From assembly GCA_963804165.1 (NCBI GenBank), contig CAWDPO010000022.1, positions 1 through 32,590 on the forward strand: a stretch of 32,590 nucleotides of DNA, read 5' to 3'. The notes below the pieces were generated by a model. That model did no database searches, had not been told where the DNA came from, and worked only from the letters and a program-made list of their open reading frames with translations. This document shows, piece by piece, positions 8,741 to 18,500 of the stretch; within the stretch, counting starts at the first letter, position 1; each line of letters opens with the position of its first letter. The DNA is from an uncultured delta proteobacterium (GTDB lineage Bacteria > Desulfobacterota > Binatia > UBA9968). Made by a program: the position numbers and the translations under genes.

Positions 8741-9110
8741 TTACTGTCTTTGGAAAAATTCCTGGCGGCCTGTTTTCTGTGTGTAGGCGGGATTTAGAAT
8801 TTTGTACCAAAGCGTCCGCTGTGAATACTTGCCGTCCTTCCGCTTCACCACTAGCCCTTCAAGATCACCTTTCTTGATCATCTCGAAAAGCTTCATCGCC
8901 TGCCGATCAACGTAGCTGACGTATCCGACACAAGCGGACTTACGCGGGATCGCCGAGCGAAGAATCTTTTTACGCTCGATCGAGCAGCGATAGGTTGCGA
9001 AGATCGCGCCCGTTCAGCCAGAGGATGTCGAACGCATAGTAAACGGCTTGGCATTGCCGCTTCATAAGGTCGTAAAAAGCAGGTTTGCCGGTGCCATCAA
9101 GGGCAACTAT
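8741..9110 (-). pseudogene. ATP-dependent DNA ligase (LigD/LigC-like) fragment
   Basis: Manual translation: IVALDGTGKPAFYDL..YYAFDILWLNGRDLR..(frameshift)ERKKILR..DLEGLVVKRKDGKY..WYKILNP; catalytic KxDG motif I absent. Confidence 0.85.
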
Positions 9111-9116
9111 TTTTTT

Positions 9117-9302
9117 TTAATCAGTCTGGTACGTCCGATAGTTGATTGGTTGGTATGGCCTATTTTTATAATAGCGCTCGCTGTTGTCCAGCGCCGAACA
9201 ACCGGACAACAGCAAGGCATCGAGGATCAAGAAGCAGAGCAGAACACCCGCCCACGCAAGACCACCCAGGAACCGAACCCCCACTGGTGTTAAGAATCCC
9301 AT
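9117..9302 (-). CDS. Small putative lipoprotein
   Basis: Hydrophobic N-terminus ending LLSGC; GGAGG upstream. Confidence 0.4.
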   Translation of the reverse strand: MGFLTPVGVRFLGGLAWAGVLLCFLILDALLLSGCSALDNSERYYKNRPYQPINYRTYQTD

Positions 9303-9441
9303 TCAATCACCTCCTACTTGCGCCCATGCCGAGCAACGAACAAATCAAGATAATCTCAAACTCCGACAGGTGACGTGTGGGAGACATCCCAAGGGCAGCC
9401 GACCCTGACGCGAATAATCGTTTCGGCGCAACTCACCGTCA

Positions 9442-9648
9442 CTACTTCGCGGCTGTTATTTGCATAGACTGATTCTGTCGCAGTTCCAGACCTTCCAGCC
9501 GCGATTCCAGTACAGCAATCTGCGCCTCCCCCTGTTTTATCTCCGCCGTGCGCTTCTCCAGCGCCTGCACCGCGATCATTAGAATCCCCGCCAGGTCACC
9601 AGAGTTAATCGTCGTCTCCGAGCCGATCTGTCCGACGCCGTCGTGGCC
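9442..9648 (-). pseudogene. Peptidase S74 / tail-fibre intramolecular chaperone C-terminal fragment
   Basis: Manual translation GHDGVGQIGSETTINSGDLAGILMIAVQALEKRTAEI.. coiled coil, stop at 9442. Confidence 0.6.
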
Positions 9649-9674
9649 TGGCTGTCAGCCGACCCAGCTGCAGA

Positions 9675-9743
9675 AAGGCGAGCGTATGAAAATCAGTATT
9701 TTGAGCGTGACGATTCGACTACATGGAAGTGTCAGGTTTGATT
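9675..9743 (+). repeat. Repeat family C copy 2
   Basis: As 8081-8161 but lacking 18 bp between TTG microhomologies; AAGGCGAGCGTAT shared with 14913-14925. Confidence 0.85.
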
Positions 9744-9814
9744 CGAGCAAGAATTTCTCGCGAAGATTTCCGAACCTCTGGCAACGTGTTTCGCGCGGAA
9801 TCCTGCCTCTCACG

Positions 9815-10219
9815 GTGACGGAGGCCGCAGCCAAGTCGTTGGGAATCAAACTTCAATCGCTGGAGGTGCGAAGCCTTGACGATTTTGAGAGCGCATTTGC
9901 GCGAGCGAAGAAAGAACGCTCTCAGGCGCTCATTACGACCCCAGGTCCACTTGTCGCTACTCAGCAACGCCAAGTGTTGGACTTCGCAGCAGAGAGTCGG
10001 TTGCCGGCGATGTACTCAAACAGTGAGTTTGTTGAGGCTGGCGGCTTGATGAGCTATGCGCCGAACTATATGGACTTGTTCCGGCGCACCGCTGACCTTG
10101 TAGACAAGATATTGAAAGGTACCAAGACCGCCGATCTTCGACCAACCGAAGAAGTTCGAATTCATCATCAATCTGAAAGCCGCCAAGCAGATCGGGCTCA
10201 CGACAAAGTGATTCGGTGA
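9815..10219 (+). pseudogene. ABC substrate-binding protein C-terminal fragment
   Basis: AAKSLGIKLQSLEVRS..RLPAMY..EAGGLMSY..VDKILKG, small deletions near the end; N-terminal half missing. Confidence 0.88.
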
Positions 10220-10365
10220 TAGTTTGTTGTCTCGCAGTAAGTGCTCTGCTCGTTGCGTGATTTTTACGAGATCAAAAGGATCTACAGCTCGCCGATCGCG
10301 TACGCTTGATCGAGCGCCAGGTTCGCTTCCTGTTCCGTAAGCGCGCGCCCTACTCATCATTTGGC

Positions 10366-10662
10366 CTAACGCTCCGCGGGGGGTTCGCTCCTGTGCTGTC
10401 TTTCTGGTGGTTTCACAACAATGGTCTTTCGCTGCTCCTCTGTTAATTGGTCCGCTCTGACGAACCCAAGTGCTTCGTACTGGCGAACACAACTGTTTAC
10501 CTGATTGTTGACCATGACGGCCGACGTAATACCGCGCCCCATGCCGGAACACTCAACTGTAGTACCATTTTTGAGATTCACGAGTAGAACAAATGGCGAG
10601 GCACACCCAGCGAACAAAAAAGCTGTAGCAATTGCGAAAGAAAATCTATTCGGCCGAGTCAC
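10366..10662 (-). CDS. Small lipoprotein, two Cys in mature part
   Basis: Lipobox FAGC; N..NGTTVEC..CVRQYEALGFVR pattern. Confidence 0.6.
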   Translation of the reverse strand: MTRPNRFSFAIATAFLFAGCASPFVLLVNLKNGTTVECSGMGRGITSAVMVNNQVNSCVRQYEALGFVRADQLTEEQRKTIVVKPPERQHRSEPPAER

Positions 10663-11020
10663 GTGTGCTTAACCAACCTGATTGATTGAATGATTGTATT
10701 GCTGCGCTAAAACAGCGTCAAGGAAAAGTTGGCTGCGTTACCGTGTTAGATGAAAGAACGTCCGATTCCTTAGCATCAGTTTGGAAATCGAATTTGTCGA
10801 GTGCGTTTAAGAGGCTTTTTATTGAACGGCTCTGTGCAAATCAGCCCTGAGCGGTCTTAAAAACAGACTAAAGGTAATACCATCAGATCTGGCTATCTTT
10901 GCAACGCACGGCGCGCATGGGCATCCATGGTCAGCACATATAATACTTGTGGCGAACCTGAGCGATGCATCTCAGGAGCCTTCTATTCAAAAAGCCTGCA
11001 GCATAAATCTTCGTAGCGTT

Positions 11021-11180
11021 ACTTTGCCACAACTTTGCCAGAACTATATGTCTCTATGTGTTCGAATCGGTAAAATCGACCGGCTGACAGCGCCGGTAAA
11101 CGCTTGGATAAATACCAATAGTGACCGATAGTGACACATAGTCCCCGTACAGCAAGAGGACTGAAAATCCTCGTGTCGGC
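11021..11180 (+). mobile_element. att relic 3: arm doublet plus truncated tRNA-Phe core
   Basis: ACTTTGCCACAACTTTGCCAGAACTA..TGACACATAGTCCCCGTACAGCAAGAGGACTGAAAATCCTCGTGTCGGC, colinear with 4519-4629 apart from a 49-bp indel. Confidence 0.8.
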
Positions 11181-11484
11181 CTTGACCTCGACGCTACTGG
11201 TTAATCTTATAAGTGTTTAATTTTATGGTTATTCGATTTACGAACCAGAACTTACACCGATGCCGGCGCGGGTGAAATGCGGGGCCTGCGTGGATGCTCT
11301 CTGATCCAAATTTCAGAAAAGAAAGCCGATGGTTTCGGATCTGTTGCTTTTGCTTGCCTCCCAGCTGCTCAAAGACTATCGATGTCGTCAGGCAACCGAC
11401 CGCTTTCAACTAATGGCCGGATGCCTTAGCGTGCAGGGTTTGAATCAGTTCCTCCAACGAGGCCCTGTGAAGAATTCTCCCCCA

Positions 11485-12231
11485 TTAATTCAAGTTGGGA
11501 TCAGGGGTGTGCTTTCCGCCGAAATCGGCCCGCAACACCGCGACGAGCGGAAGGTGGTCCGATGCCCTGGCGGACCAGCGTGTCACGAGCACGTGAGCGG
11601 CGATCGGCGTCAGACCGGCGGCATAGATATAGTCGACCCGCATCCCTCGCAGCCGTGCGTGGAAGGTCGCAGCCCGACCGTTCCCCGCGACTTTGAACGC
11701 GTCGGTGAAGCGCCTCCGTAGAAGGCGTGAGACGCGGCTTCGCGACACCGTGTTGAAATCACCCATCAAGAGAGCCGGCTCGTGGCCTCCATCCGTCACG
11801 ATGATCTCCCGGGTCAACCGCTTCACCTGGGCCATGCGCTCCTGGGGCACCAGCCCCAGGTGCGTCACGTAACAGCGAAGCGTGCCCTTCGGGGTGGTAA
11901 GGTGCGCCTCCAGGCAGGCCCGTCCGGGATGCGGCCGCACGGTGAGACTGTGGTTCATCACGAAGGTGGTCGCCCAGCGCGTGAGCAGCGCGTTGCCGTA
12001 ACGGCCTTGACGACGCGTACCGCCGATGATCGCGTGCATACTGAGACGATCGGCGAGCCATTGGGCTTGATTGACGTACCCGCTTCGACGCAACGCAAAA
12101 TCGACTTCCTGCAGCGCCACGAGGTCCACCTGCTCGGGCTCGATTACCCGAAGGATGGTGTGAAGGTCGTGGCCGTGCCGTCCAAAGCCACTGTGGATGT
12201 TGTAGGTCATGGCGCGGAGATTCACGGTCAT
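11485..12231 (-). CDS. Endonuclease/exonuclease/phosphatase family protein
   Basis: MTYNIH, DLVALQEVD, YGNALL, THLGL, GDFN, VDYIY, ASDHLP. Confidence 0.93.
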   Translation of the reverse strand: MTVNLRAMTYNIHSGFGRHGHDLHTILRVIEPEQVDLVALQEVDFALRRSGYVNQAQWLADRLSMHAIIGGTRRQGRYGNALLTRWATTFVMNHSLTVRPHPGRACLEAHLTTPKGTLRCYVTHLGLVPQERMAQVKRLTREIIVTDGGHEPALLMGDFNTVSRSRVSRLLRRRFTDAFKVAGNGRAATFHARLRGMRVDYIYAAGLTPIAAHVLVTRWSARASDHLPLVAVLRADFGGKHTPDPNLN

Positions 12232-13156
12232 CTACCGTGAGCAGAAAATGGGAACAGATTTATTCATTTCCGTTATCTCCGACTCACGTTCGTCGGTGCG
12301 CCTAACTGTAGTATACCGCCCAGCCGATATTAGTATCGGCAAAGACCGCGTGCAAGGCGAGGGGCGACTCTGCGATCCCCGCTGTGCTAGTTTTGTGCTC
12401 GTTCCATCAGCAACAGGAGCACTCACAGACAGAGAAAAGGGGAGAGAGGCGTTGGATTTTCTGTTGGTTTTTGCTGGTGGTTGTCCGTCTCGCTAGTCTT
12501 CACGAGACTCGAAATCAAGTGCACATCCGTGATTCTGATTTCCCTGGGCAGAGCATCATCAATTCTCGTGTCGGGTCGCTCCAGTCGCCTGTCCACGACG
12601 TCGTTTCTCATTGTCGGCCTTCACGCTGTTAAATCTGACACGTGGGTCACGCGCGTAATACTTTATGAAGAATTCAAGGAGATATGACACCTATGACCCG
12701 GGGTTGGAATGGCTACCTGGTGAGGGTTCTCAGAGAATTGGCTTCACTCACAGCTGAGTGCCGAGCCACTGATGCAACCTATCAAATTCCGATCCGAGCA
12801 AAGCATCAACGGGGTCAAAATAAAGCGGCTGGCATGCGGAGGAGGCGGAAAAGATAGTCCTCAGCGTCTGGTTCCGTATAATGATGGATTAGTTCCATGT
12901 ATATTGCAGCGCAGTGTAATATTCGTCACTTACACGTGCTACGAGAATCTCCAATCCTCGTGTCGCTGCGGTTCGATTGTCCGACCCTTGGGGCATCCAT
13001 TGTCTATGCTGTTAACAAGCTGCTCAAGCGAAGCGGACCGCGACTCTCGCGCCGATTGTGCCGCTGGCGCTAACCATGATGCCGCTGGAAGAACTGCTGA
13101 AAATGCTATTCGGCATGTTGTTCTAGGCCGGATCTTTATGCACGCCGATTCTCACA

Positions 13157-14155
13157 CTACGGCAGCGGCGCCGGCTTCGGCAGCCCTTGCCTGAGGCGTT
13201 GCGAGAAGGAGGCGTCGTCTTTGTCGGCCGCTTGCGCGCGTTCGTTCACGCGCGAGAGCTTTTCCAAGTCGGCAAACGGTTTCGCTGTATCGATGCGGCC
13301 GAGTTCGTAGAGATAATCGGGTAGATAGCCGCTCAGCAAAATTTTCCACGACATCGGCGGCGACTCGGGATTCATCCGCGTGTGCATGAGAATGGTCGTC
13401 GTGCAGTTGGTAGTCAGTGTATTGTAAAAGCGCGGATGCACGCACATGTCGTTCATCGCCTGAAGGTAATCGAGAAAGCTCCGCCGGATGTTTATCTGCG
13501 GCGTGCGTGTGCGGTAAATGTAAACATCTTCCTGCGGCTGGCGATACGTCGTCCGTACCCGGATCACGTCACGCTCGTCGGCGACGACGTAGTAAAGCTC
13601 GTACCGGCGAAAAAAACCCGCGAGGGTCGAATAACTCTCGCCCTTTTCCTTACGCGTCTCGATAGACACCGCCAAGTAGTCCTGGTCTTGGAACCCGAAG
13701 CTGACCATGATGTGGGCGACTGCTTTGCCTGACCAGTAGACGGCGATGATATCGGCGGAATCGAGCTTGCGCAGGTCGTAGGTTCGATCCTCCCAGCGCG
13801 GCGTAAAATCGCTCTCGCTCCGGTAGTCGAAGTTCCTCACACCGTGGATCGTCACCAGATCACCGTTCACGGTTGCGTGCGGCGTAACCGACACGTCAGG
13901 CTGCCAGTCGCGATCGTTAGACGCGGGTATGCGGAGGAACAAGATCACCAATACTGTGAAGATAGCGAGCGCGGCAACGGCCGTGCCCGGGGACGGCAGC
14001 AGTGCAAAGGCTAAAATACTCGCCGTCCCGTAGCTCGCAGCGGCAAGAGCGCGCCATCGCGCCGGCAACAGCGGCGAGAAATACAATGCGCCAACTCCCC
14101 ACAGCGCTATCGCCGTGATCGTGACCGAAAGTAAAATGTTAAGGAAAATTCTCAC
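13157..14155 (-). CDS. DUF4105 (Lnb N-terminal-like) membrane protein
   Basis: TM helices, SNDRDWQPDV, VRNFDYRSE, AHIMVSFGF, SIETRKE, FYNTLTTNCTT. Confidence 0.9.
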   Translation of the reverse strand: MRIFLNILLSVTITAIALWGVGALYFSPLLPARWRALAAASYGTASILAFALLPSPGTAVAALAIFTVLVILFLRIPASNDRDWQPDVSVTPHATVNGDLVTIHGVRNFDYRSESDFTPRWEDRTYDLRKLDSADIIAVYWSGKAVAHIMVSFGFQDQDYLAVSIETRKEKGESYSTLAGFFRRYELYYVVADERDVIRVRTTYRQPQEDVYIYRTRTPQINIRRSFLDYLQAMNDMCVHPRFYNTLTTNCTTTILMHTRMNPESPPMSWKILLSGYLPDYLYELGRIDTAKPFADLEKLSRVNERAQAADKDDASFSQRLRQGLPKPAPLP

Positions 14156-14251
14156 GCTCGCCTAACTACTCTCCTGCCGGATTCTCATCAAGATTGCACA
14201 TGCTTCCAGTTAATCAGGCAATTCTTTAGTTCTTAGCGCGGCAGGTTGTGG

Positions 14252-14329
14252 TCAAGGATCGGTCATCGCTAGCGTGCTCACCATGAGTTCTTCAAGTGTA
14301 ACGCGGTCGCTGTTGGATTGTTCGGCCAT
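14252..14329 (-). pseudogene. Truncated small hypothetical protein
   Basis: GGAG RBS then MAEQSNSDRVTLEELMVSTLAMTDP*. Confidence 0.3.
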
Positions 14330-14642
14330 GATTGCTCCATTAGTCGTGGGATTTCCGCCAACCGTTACCACAGTTGCGGCGACCATGCGTGGACGGTCGG
14401 ATCAGATCGGGCCACGGCAGGAACTCCTTTCTTTGGGTTAGGTTCGGGCTCCCGTCCTGCGGCCCCGGTAGGATAAGCTCAACCAGTTATTGGATAACCC
14501 ACAACGCTTTCAAACAGTCTAACGAATCGAGGCCGGACCGACTCGCCGAGACTAAGGGAAATCGTATCAAGGATCAGTAAAGCCCCGATGTTCAGCAAAG
14601 AGTGAGTCCGTTAAACTTGGAACCATGAGTATAGAGATAGGT

Positions 14643-14668
14643 CAGAAAAAAAGGTTGTTTAAATTTCC
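14643..14668 (+). promoter_or_regulatory. Motif D copy 1
   Basis: CAGAAAAAAAGGTTGTTTAAATTTCC; reverse complements at 19285-19309 and 20575-20595. Confidence 0.5.
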
Positions 14669-14847
14669 CAGCGAAAGAAGACTGCACGATGTCCAAATGG
14701 AGATTCCCCCAGTTGCCACGATGTCAATCAATTTTTGTTCGCGTTCATCCCAATATACCTGGTCAGTATAGTGCCAATATACCTGCACAGAACAGGTTAA
14801 TTCATTACCGATGAGCCGGACTACGAACCGCCTCTATTTCGTCGGAG

Positions 14848-14925
14848 GATTGAACTGAACGACGCTTCAATTCCATCTCACAGGATTTGTATGGAAGATA
14901 ACGTTCAACTACAAGGCGAGCGTAT
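14848..14925 (-). repeat. Repeat family A copy 5, joined to a C module
   Basis: Minus strand ATACGCTCGCCT-TGTAGTTGAAC..AAATCCTGTGAGATGGAATTGAAGCGTCGTTCAGTTCAATC; colinear with 1490-1558. Confidence 0.85.
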
Positions 14926-15019
14926 CGGGTGAGCACTGCCGGCGTTCCAGAAGTCGTGGGATGGGAAGCCGCATCACCGCGCACATTAGGTTAAGAGTGA
15001 TTCGCCGAAGTCGGCAAAG

Positions 15020-15205
15020 ATGAGACTAATCGGAAAAGTTTGTCCACGTTGCGGAAAGCCTGGATCGGTGCTCTATATGACGAAAGAGCGAATTGTCTAT
15101 CAGTGTCCAAGCGAACATCAGTACGAAACTAGGTTCAGCAAATTCAGTATCGCTACACCGCAACCTGCTTCTCAAGAAAACAAACCAGATCGTATCTTGA
15201 CATAG
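15020..15205 (+). CDS. Small zinc-ribbon-like protein
   Basis: CPRCG..YQCPSEH. Confidence 0.6.
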   Translation: MRLIGKVCPRCGKPGSVLYMTKERIVYQCPSEHQYETRFSKFSIATPQPASQENKPDRILT

Positions 15206-15280
15206 GCGTCCTTCTCTTGCCTGGCCGTCGTCTTCCGTCAGATTGACAATCCTCGCGTCGGGTTGGATTTATCCGTCACT

Positions 15281-15471
15281 GTTAAAGAGCTTGTCACTTG
15301 GTTCGTCATCAACCATGAGTGCGAGTCTATCATTTGGAAACCGAATCAGAACTTGCTTGGTATTTGGCTTGCCTGGAATGTGGGGCTAATGAGCCATTAG
15401 GTGTCGTCAAAAAATCCCAACGACCTAAAGCTCTCTCCGAAAAATACTCAGCGCAGAACGTCACAACGTGA
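15281..15471 (+). pseudogene. Decayed paralog of the 16736-16984 CxxC gene
   Basis: Colinear DNA similarity with 16787-16984 (GTTAAAGAGCTT, GAACTTGCTTGGTATTT, GTCGTCAAAAAAT, GCAGAACG..CAACGTGATAGGG) with indels. Confidence 0.75.
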
Positions 15472-15810
15472 TAGGGGAAGGACTGGCTTTGTACTGCCGA
15501 TGAGAGTCCCGTAGCCATCGTTATATTTAGTGGTTCGCTCAGGCTTGTCCGATGACTATCCGAACGGCCAGCGTTCTGTGGCGAGCGAGATTATTATTCG
15601 CATCCTGGCTGCAATCGGATTCCCCGGGTCGCGACCTATAGAATGCGTGGTCACTCCGTCCGATAGGCCGCATTCCCATTTTCTTTCTTCTAAGAAGATA
15701 CGGATGCCGATTTCAGGGATTTCCTGATAGGAATTTCTTGCCTCTAGTGTCAAAGCGGTCAGGGAGCGCCTCGGTGATTGAGAATTCAACAGTCCAAGGC
15801 GGGGAAGAGG

Positions 15811-15832
15811 CTATTGGACCAAAGTCCAATAG
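15811..15832. repeat. Palindrome family B copy 2
   Basis: CTATTGGAC-CAAA-GTCCAATAG. Confidence 0.8.
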
Positions 15833-15929
15833 AAAAGCTTTCCGCGCCTTGTTAGTTTGCGCTGGAACGCCATCAATTGAATCGCTATTGATCGGATAAT
15901 AAACCTAAACACTATATTAAGGAGACTAT

Positions 15930-16505
15930 ATGAAGCTATTCAGGATGATGCTTACGGGGATCATGCTTGTGGGTTTAACATCCGTCGCAATTGCGCAGCA
16001 GAAAGACAGCGATAACGGCGGAACGCCTGGTCGAGTTTCTGTGGACGTGATCAAATTGACCGGCACGGTTAAAGCGGTGGATCTTGAAAAGAAAACCGTC
16101 ACCGTCGAAGGTTCGGGTGGTCGGGTGGAGACCATCGATGCGAAGGATGCGAGAAATCTGGACCAGGTGAAAGTGGGGGACAAGGTTACGGTTACGTATA
16201 CGCAGGCGCTCGCGGTCTTCGTAAGAAAAGGCGATGAGCCTCCCAGCACATCGGAAAAACAAACGGTGCAACTAGCGCCAAAGGGTGAAAAACCGGGGGG
16301 CGTGGTGGCCCGGATGATACAACTGACGGGCACCGTACAATCGGTCGATGCCCGGAAGCGCATGGTTGACGTGAGGGTTCCCGCGGGAGACGTGAGAACC
16401 TTCAAGGTCGACCCTAGAGTGAAGAATCTCAGCCAAGTCAAAAAAGGCGATCAGGTCGTTTTGAGATACACTGAAAGCGTAGCGCTGAGCGTTGTGAAGC
16501 CCTGA
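15930..16505 (+). CDS. Secreted protein with two tandem beta-barrel (OB-like) repeats
   Basis: AAGGAG RBS, signal peptide, internal duplication LTGTVxxVDxxKxxV..NLxQVKxGDxV..YT. Confidence 0.88.
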   Translation: MKLFRMMLTGIMLVGLTSVAIAQQKDSDNGGTPGRVSVDVIKLTGTVKAVDLEKKTVTVEGSGGRVETIDAKDARNLDQVKVGDKVTVTYTQALAVFVRKGDEPPSTSEKQTVQLAPKGEKPGGVVARMIQLTGTVQSVDARKRMVDVRVPAGDVRTFKVDPRVKNLSQVKKGDQVVLRYTESVALSVVKP

Positions 16506-16510
16506 GCGCG

Positions 16511-16700
16511 ATATTCTTGCCTTCCCGAAATTCACAACGGTGGCCTTCCAGGGTTGGCGGTCAGTACGGTGACGGCGCGCTCCTCAAGCGGCGGCAAGAG
16601 ATTCGCAAACTGCGCACCGCCGCCGCGTCAATCGGCCACCAAGGCCGGCCTCCAACCATATCGCTACGCGCTCTTCTTCATGACGGACGAGGTACTGTTG
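16511..16700 (+). pseudogene. Second Ysc84/SYLF-family fragment
   Basis: Across frames: ILAFP..VGGQYGDGALL..TAAASIG..AGLQPYRYALFFMTDEVL. Confidence 0.6.
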
Positions 16701-16735
16701 CATCTTCTTTTTGACCGAAGGTTTCTACATCGTTG

Positions 16736-16984
16736 ATGAGGACAGCAATGGATCATTGGCTAAACAATGCGCCAGGACTGATATTTGTTAAAGAGCTTTC
16801 CACTTGGTTTATATTGAACCATAAGTGTGAGCCTGTTATTTGGATCGAAGGCGAGTCCGAACTTGCTTGGTATTTTGCTTGCGTCGAATGCGGAGCTAAC
16901 GACCGAACACAATTACCTGTCGTCAAAAAATTCCAACGACCTGAAGCTCCCCCCAAATACTCAGAGCAGAACGCCGCAACGTGA
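16736..16984 (+). CDS. Small HxC/CxxC protein
   Basis: NHKCE..WYFACVECGA; supported by a diverged paralog upstream. Confidence 0.6.
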   Translation: MRTAMDHWLNNAPGLIFVKELSTWFILNHKCEPVIWIEGESELAWYFACVECGANDRTQLPVVKKFQRPEAPPKYSEQNAAT

Positions 16985-17226
16985 TAGGGCAACTAACAGA
17001 CTGTGCATTCGACGCAGCGGTCATCAAATGATTCACCGAGGATATTAAAGTGTGCTTCGTCTAAGTTGAACTGGATCGAGCCGCCCCGCCGGAGACTGCG
17101 TGTGGCGATCGGCCCAATCCCGAGCGGATTTTACTGATACAACATCCAAGTAGTAGTGTGGCAACAGCCACAATAATTCCTAATGCGAAAATAGAATCGG
17201 AAATTTTGTTAGTGAGGGGTGCGGCC

Positions 17227-17439
17227 ATGGCAATAGAATTTCGGTCCGATCTCAAAGGAATCTGGCATTGGTGCTCCGACTGCCGATATTGGCCAGCAAA
17301 CTCGTTCGACATTCTAAACACCCAAAAACTTCCACCCGGTTTTAAGAGCTGCCCGGAATGCACGGTCCTAGCTCCCATCGATGGATTCATAGCGCTGTCC
17401 GAATCACCTTCACGATCCCTGCGTCCGAAAGCCCGGTGA
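17227..17439 (+). CDS. Small CxxC..CxxC zinc-finger-like protein
   Basis: GAGGGG RBS; WHWCSDCRYWP..CPEC. Confidence 0.65.
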   Translation: MAIEFRSDLKGIWHWCSDCRYWPANSFDILNTQKLPPGFKSCPECTVLAPIDGFIALSESPSRSLRPKAR

Positions 17440-17977
17440 GCACGAGAAAACTCGGTCATAGAAGATCAGACCGACGCCCTAAATCAGCAAACCAAACAAT
17501 CCACTACAAAGTCCAATCCTTAAAGAACAAGTAACTAAAGCGCGTTCACTCGGTTTGTATCCAGCCATTCGTTTGGTCGGAACGGGGACAACCAACCCGA
17601 CGAAGACCGAAACTGCTTCTCTATATCCGAGCCCACCCGGAGGTAATCGAGCCAGTTTTTTTCGTTACTTTGCTATTACTTTGGTTGGACATTTTTCCGA
17701 CACGCTAGAGCAGCTGTTTGGGCTTGTTGAGTTACGGCTCGGTTGAGTCTCGGTTGCAGGCTCTGGCGTACTGGGAATGAATTCAGAGCGCAACTTCGGT
17801 GGGGCACGAGACGCCATGGAAGCGGATCAGATGTAACCGCCGACGGGGCGCCAGGGCAGCGAGCCGCTGCATGAATTCCAGCGGCTCCAGGTTCTCCAAA
17901 TTCGTGCTCGCTGCAACTACGTAGGCTGGCATCAGCGTAGCCGGTCCGCGCTACCCTTACCAACAGCTCATTTGGCA

Positions 17978-18488
17978 TCAATACGGCGGATTGACCACGA
18001 CGTACTGCGATCCCTGGGGCTGATACCAGGTGCTTCCGCATTGTTGATAGACCATGCCACCATAGTTCACCGGCACGCAGCTTGGCGGCACGCTTCGCAC
18101 CATCGAGCCGACGACGGCGGAAGTCACGGCGACGGCAGTGCCAACCGCCGCTGCAGCCGCGACCGGATGGTAGTCATTGTCCCAGCCGCCACAGCAACCG
18201 CCATGACCTTCGACATTGACGTTGACGTCGCGGTCGACGTTGACGTTATTGACGCTAGTGCTGCGGACATTGTTGGTACGGGTATCAGCCCTGCTGTTGT
18301 CGACCTGCGCACTCTGCCTGGTGGCGCCACCAGGGGGCCCCACCACCGCCGCCTGCGGCGCGAGCACCACCACCCCCACCGCCGCCACCCCGAGCGGCGG
18401 CGGCATCAGCGTAAGGGGCTATGGCGAAGCTGGCGAGAACGAGAGCGGCCAACGAGGCCGGAAGCAACTTACCGAATGATCTCTTCAT
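17978..18488 (-). CDS. Secreted Gly/Asn-Val-rich protein (DUF6515-like C-terminus), one frameshift in the Gly-rich tract
   Basis: Signal peptide ORF 18285-18488 joins NVNV repeats and PPSC..YQQCGSTWYQP..YVVVNPP ORF; downstream of DUF2092 gene, AGGAG RBS. Confidence 0.8.
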
Positions 18489-18500
18489 GTTGGCGCTCCT

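Noticed and set aside
9548-9814. N-terminal part of the 223-aa ORF
   Set aside because: Chance read-through across the antisense S74 scrap and repeat C; only the C-terminal part is SBP-like
10361-10400. attC from GCCTAAC/GTTAGGC
   Set aside because: Only one core box; no partner box or paired arms found
12245-12270. AAAATGGGAACAGATTTATT REP-like sequence
   Set aside because: Single copy with no partner or RAYT transposase in the window
12232-13150. Several short ORFs
   Set aside because: No recognisable motifs or convincing RBS; cannot be supported
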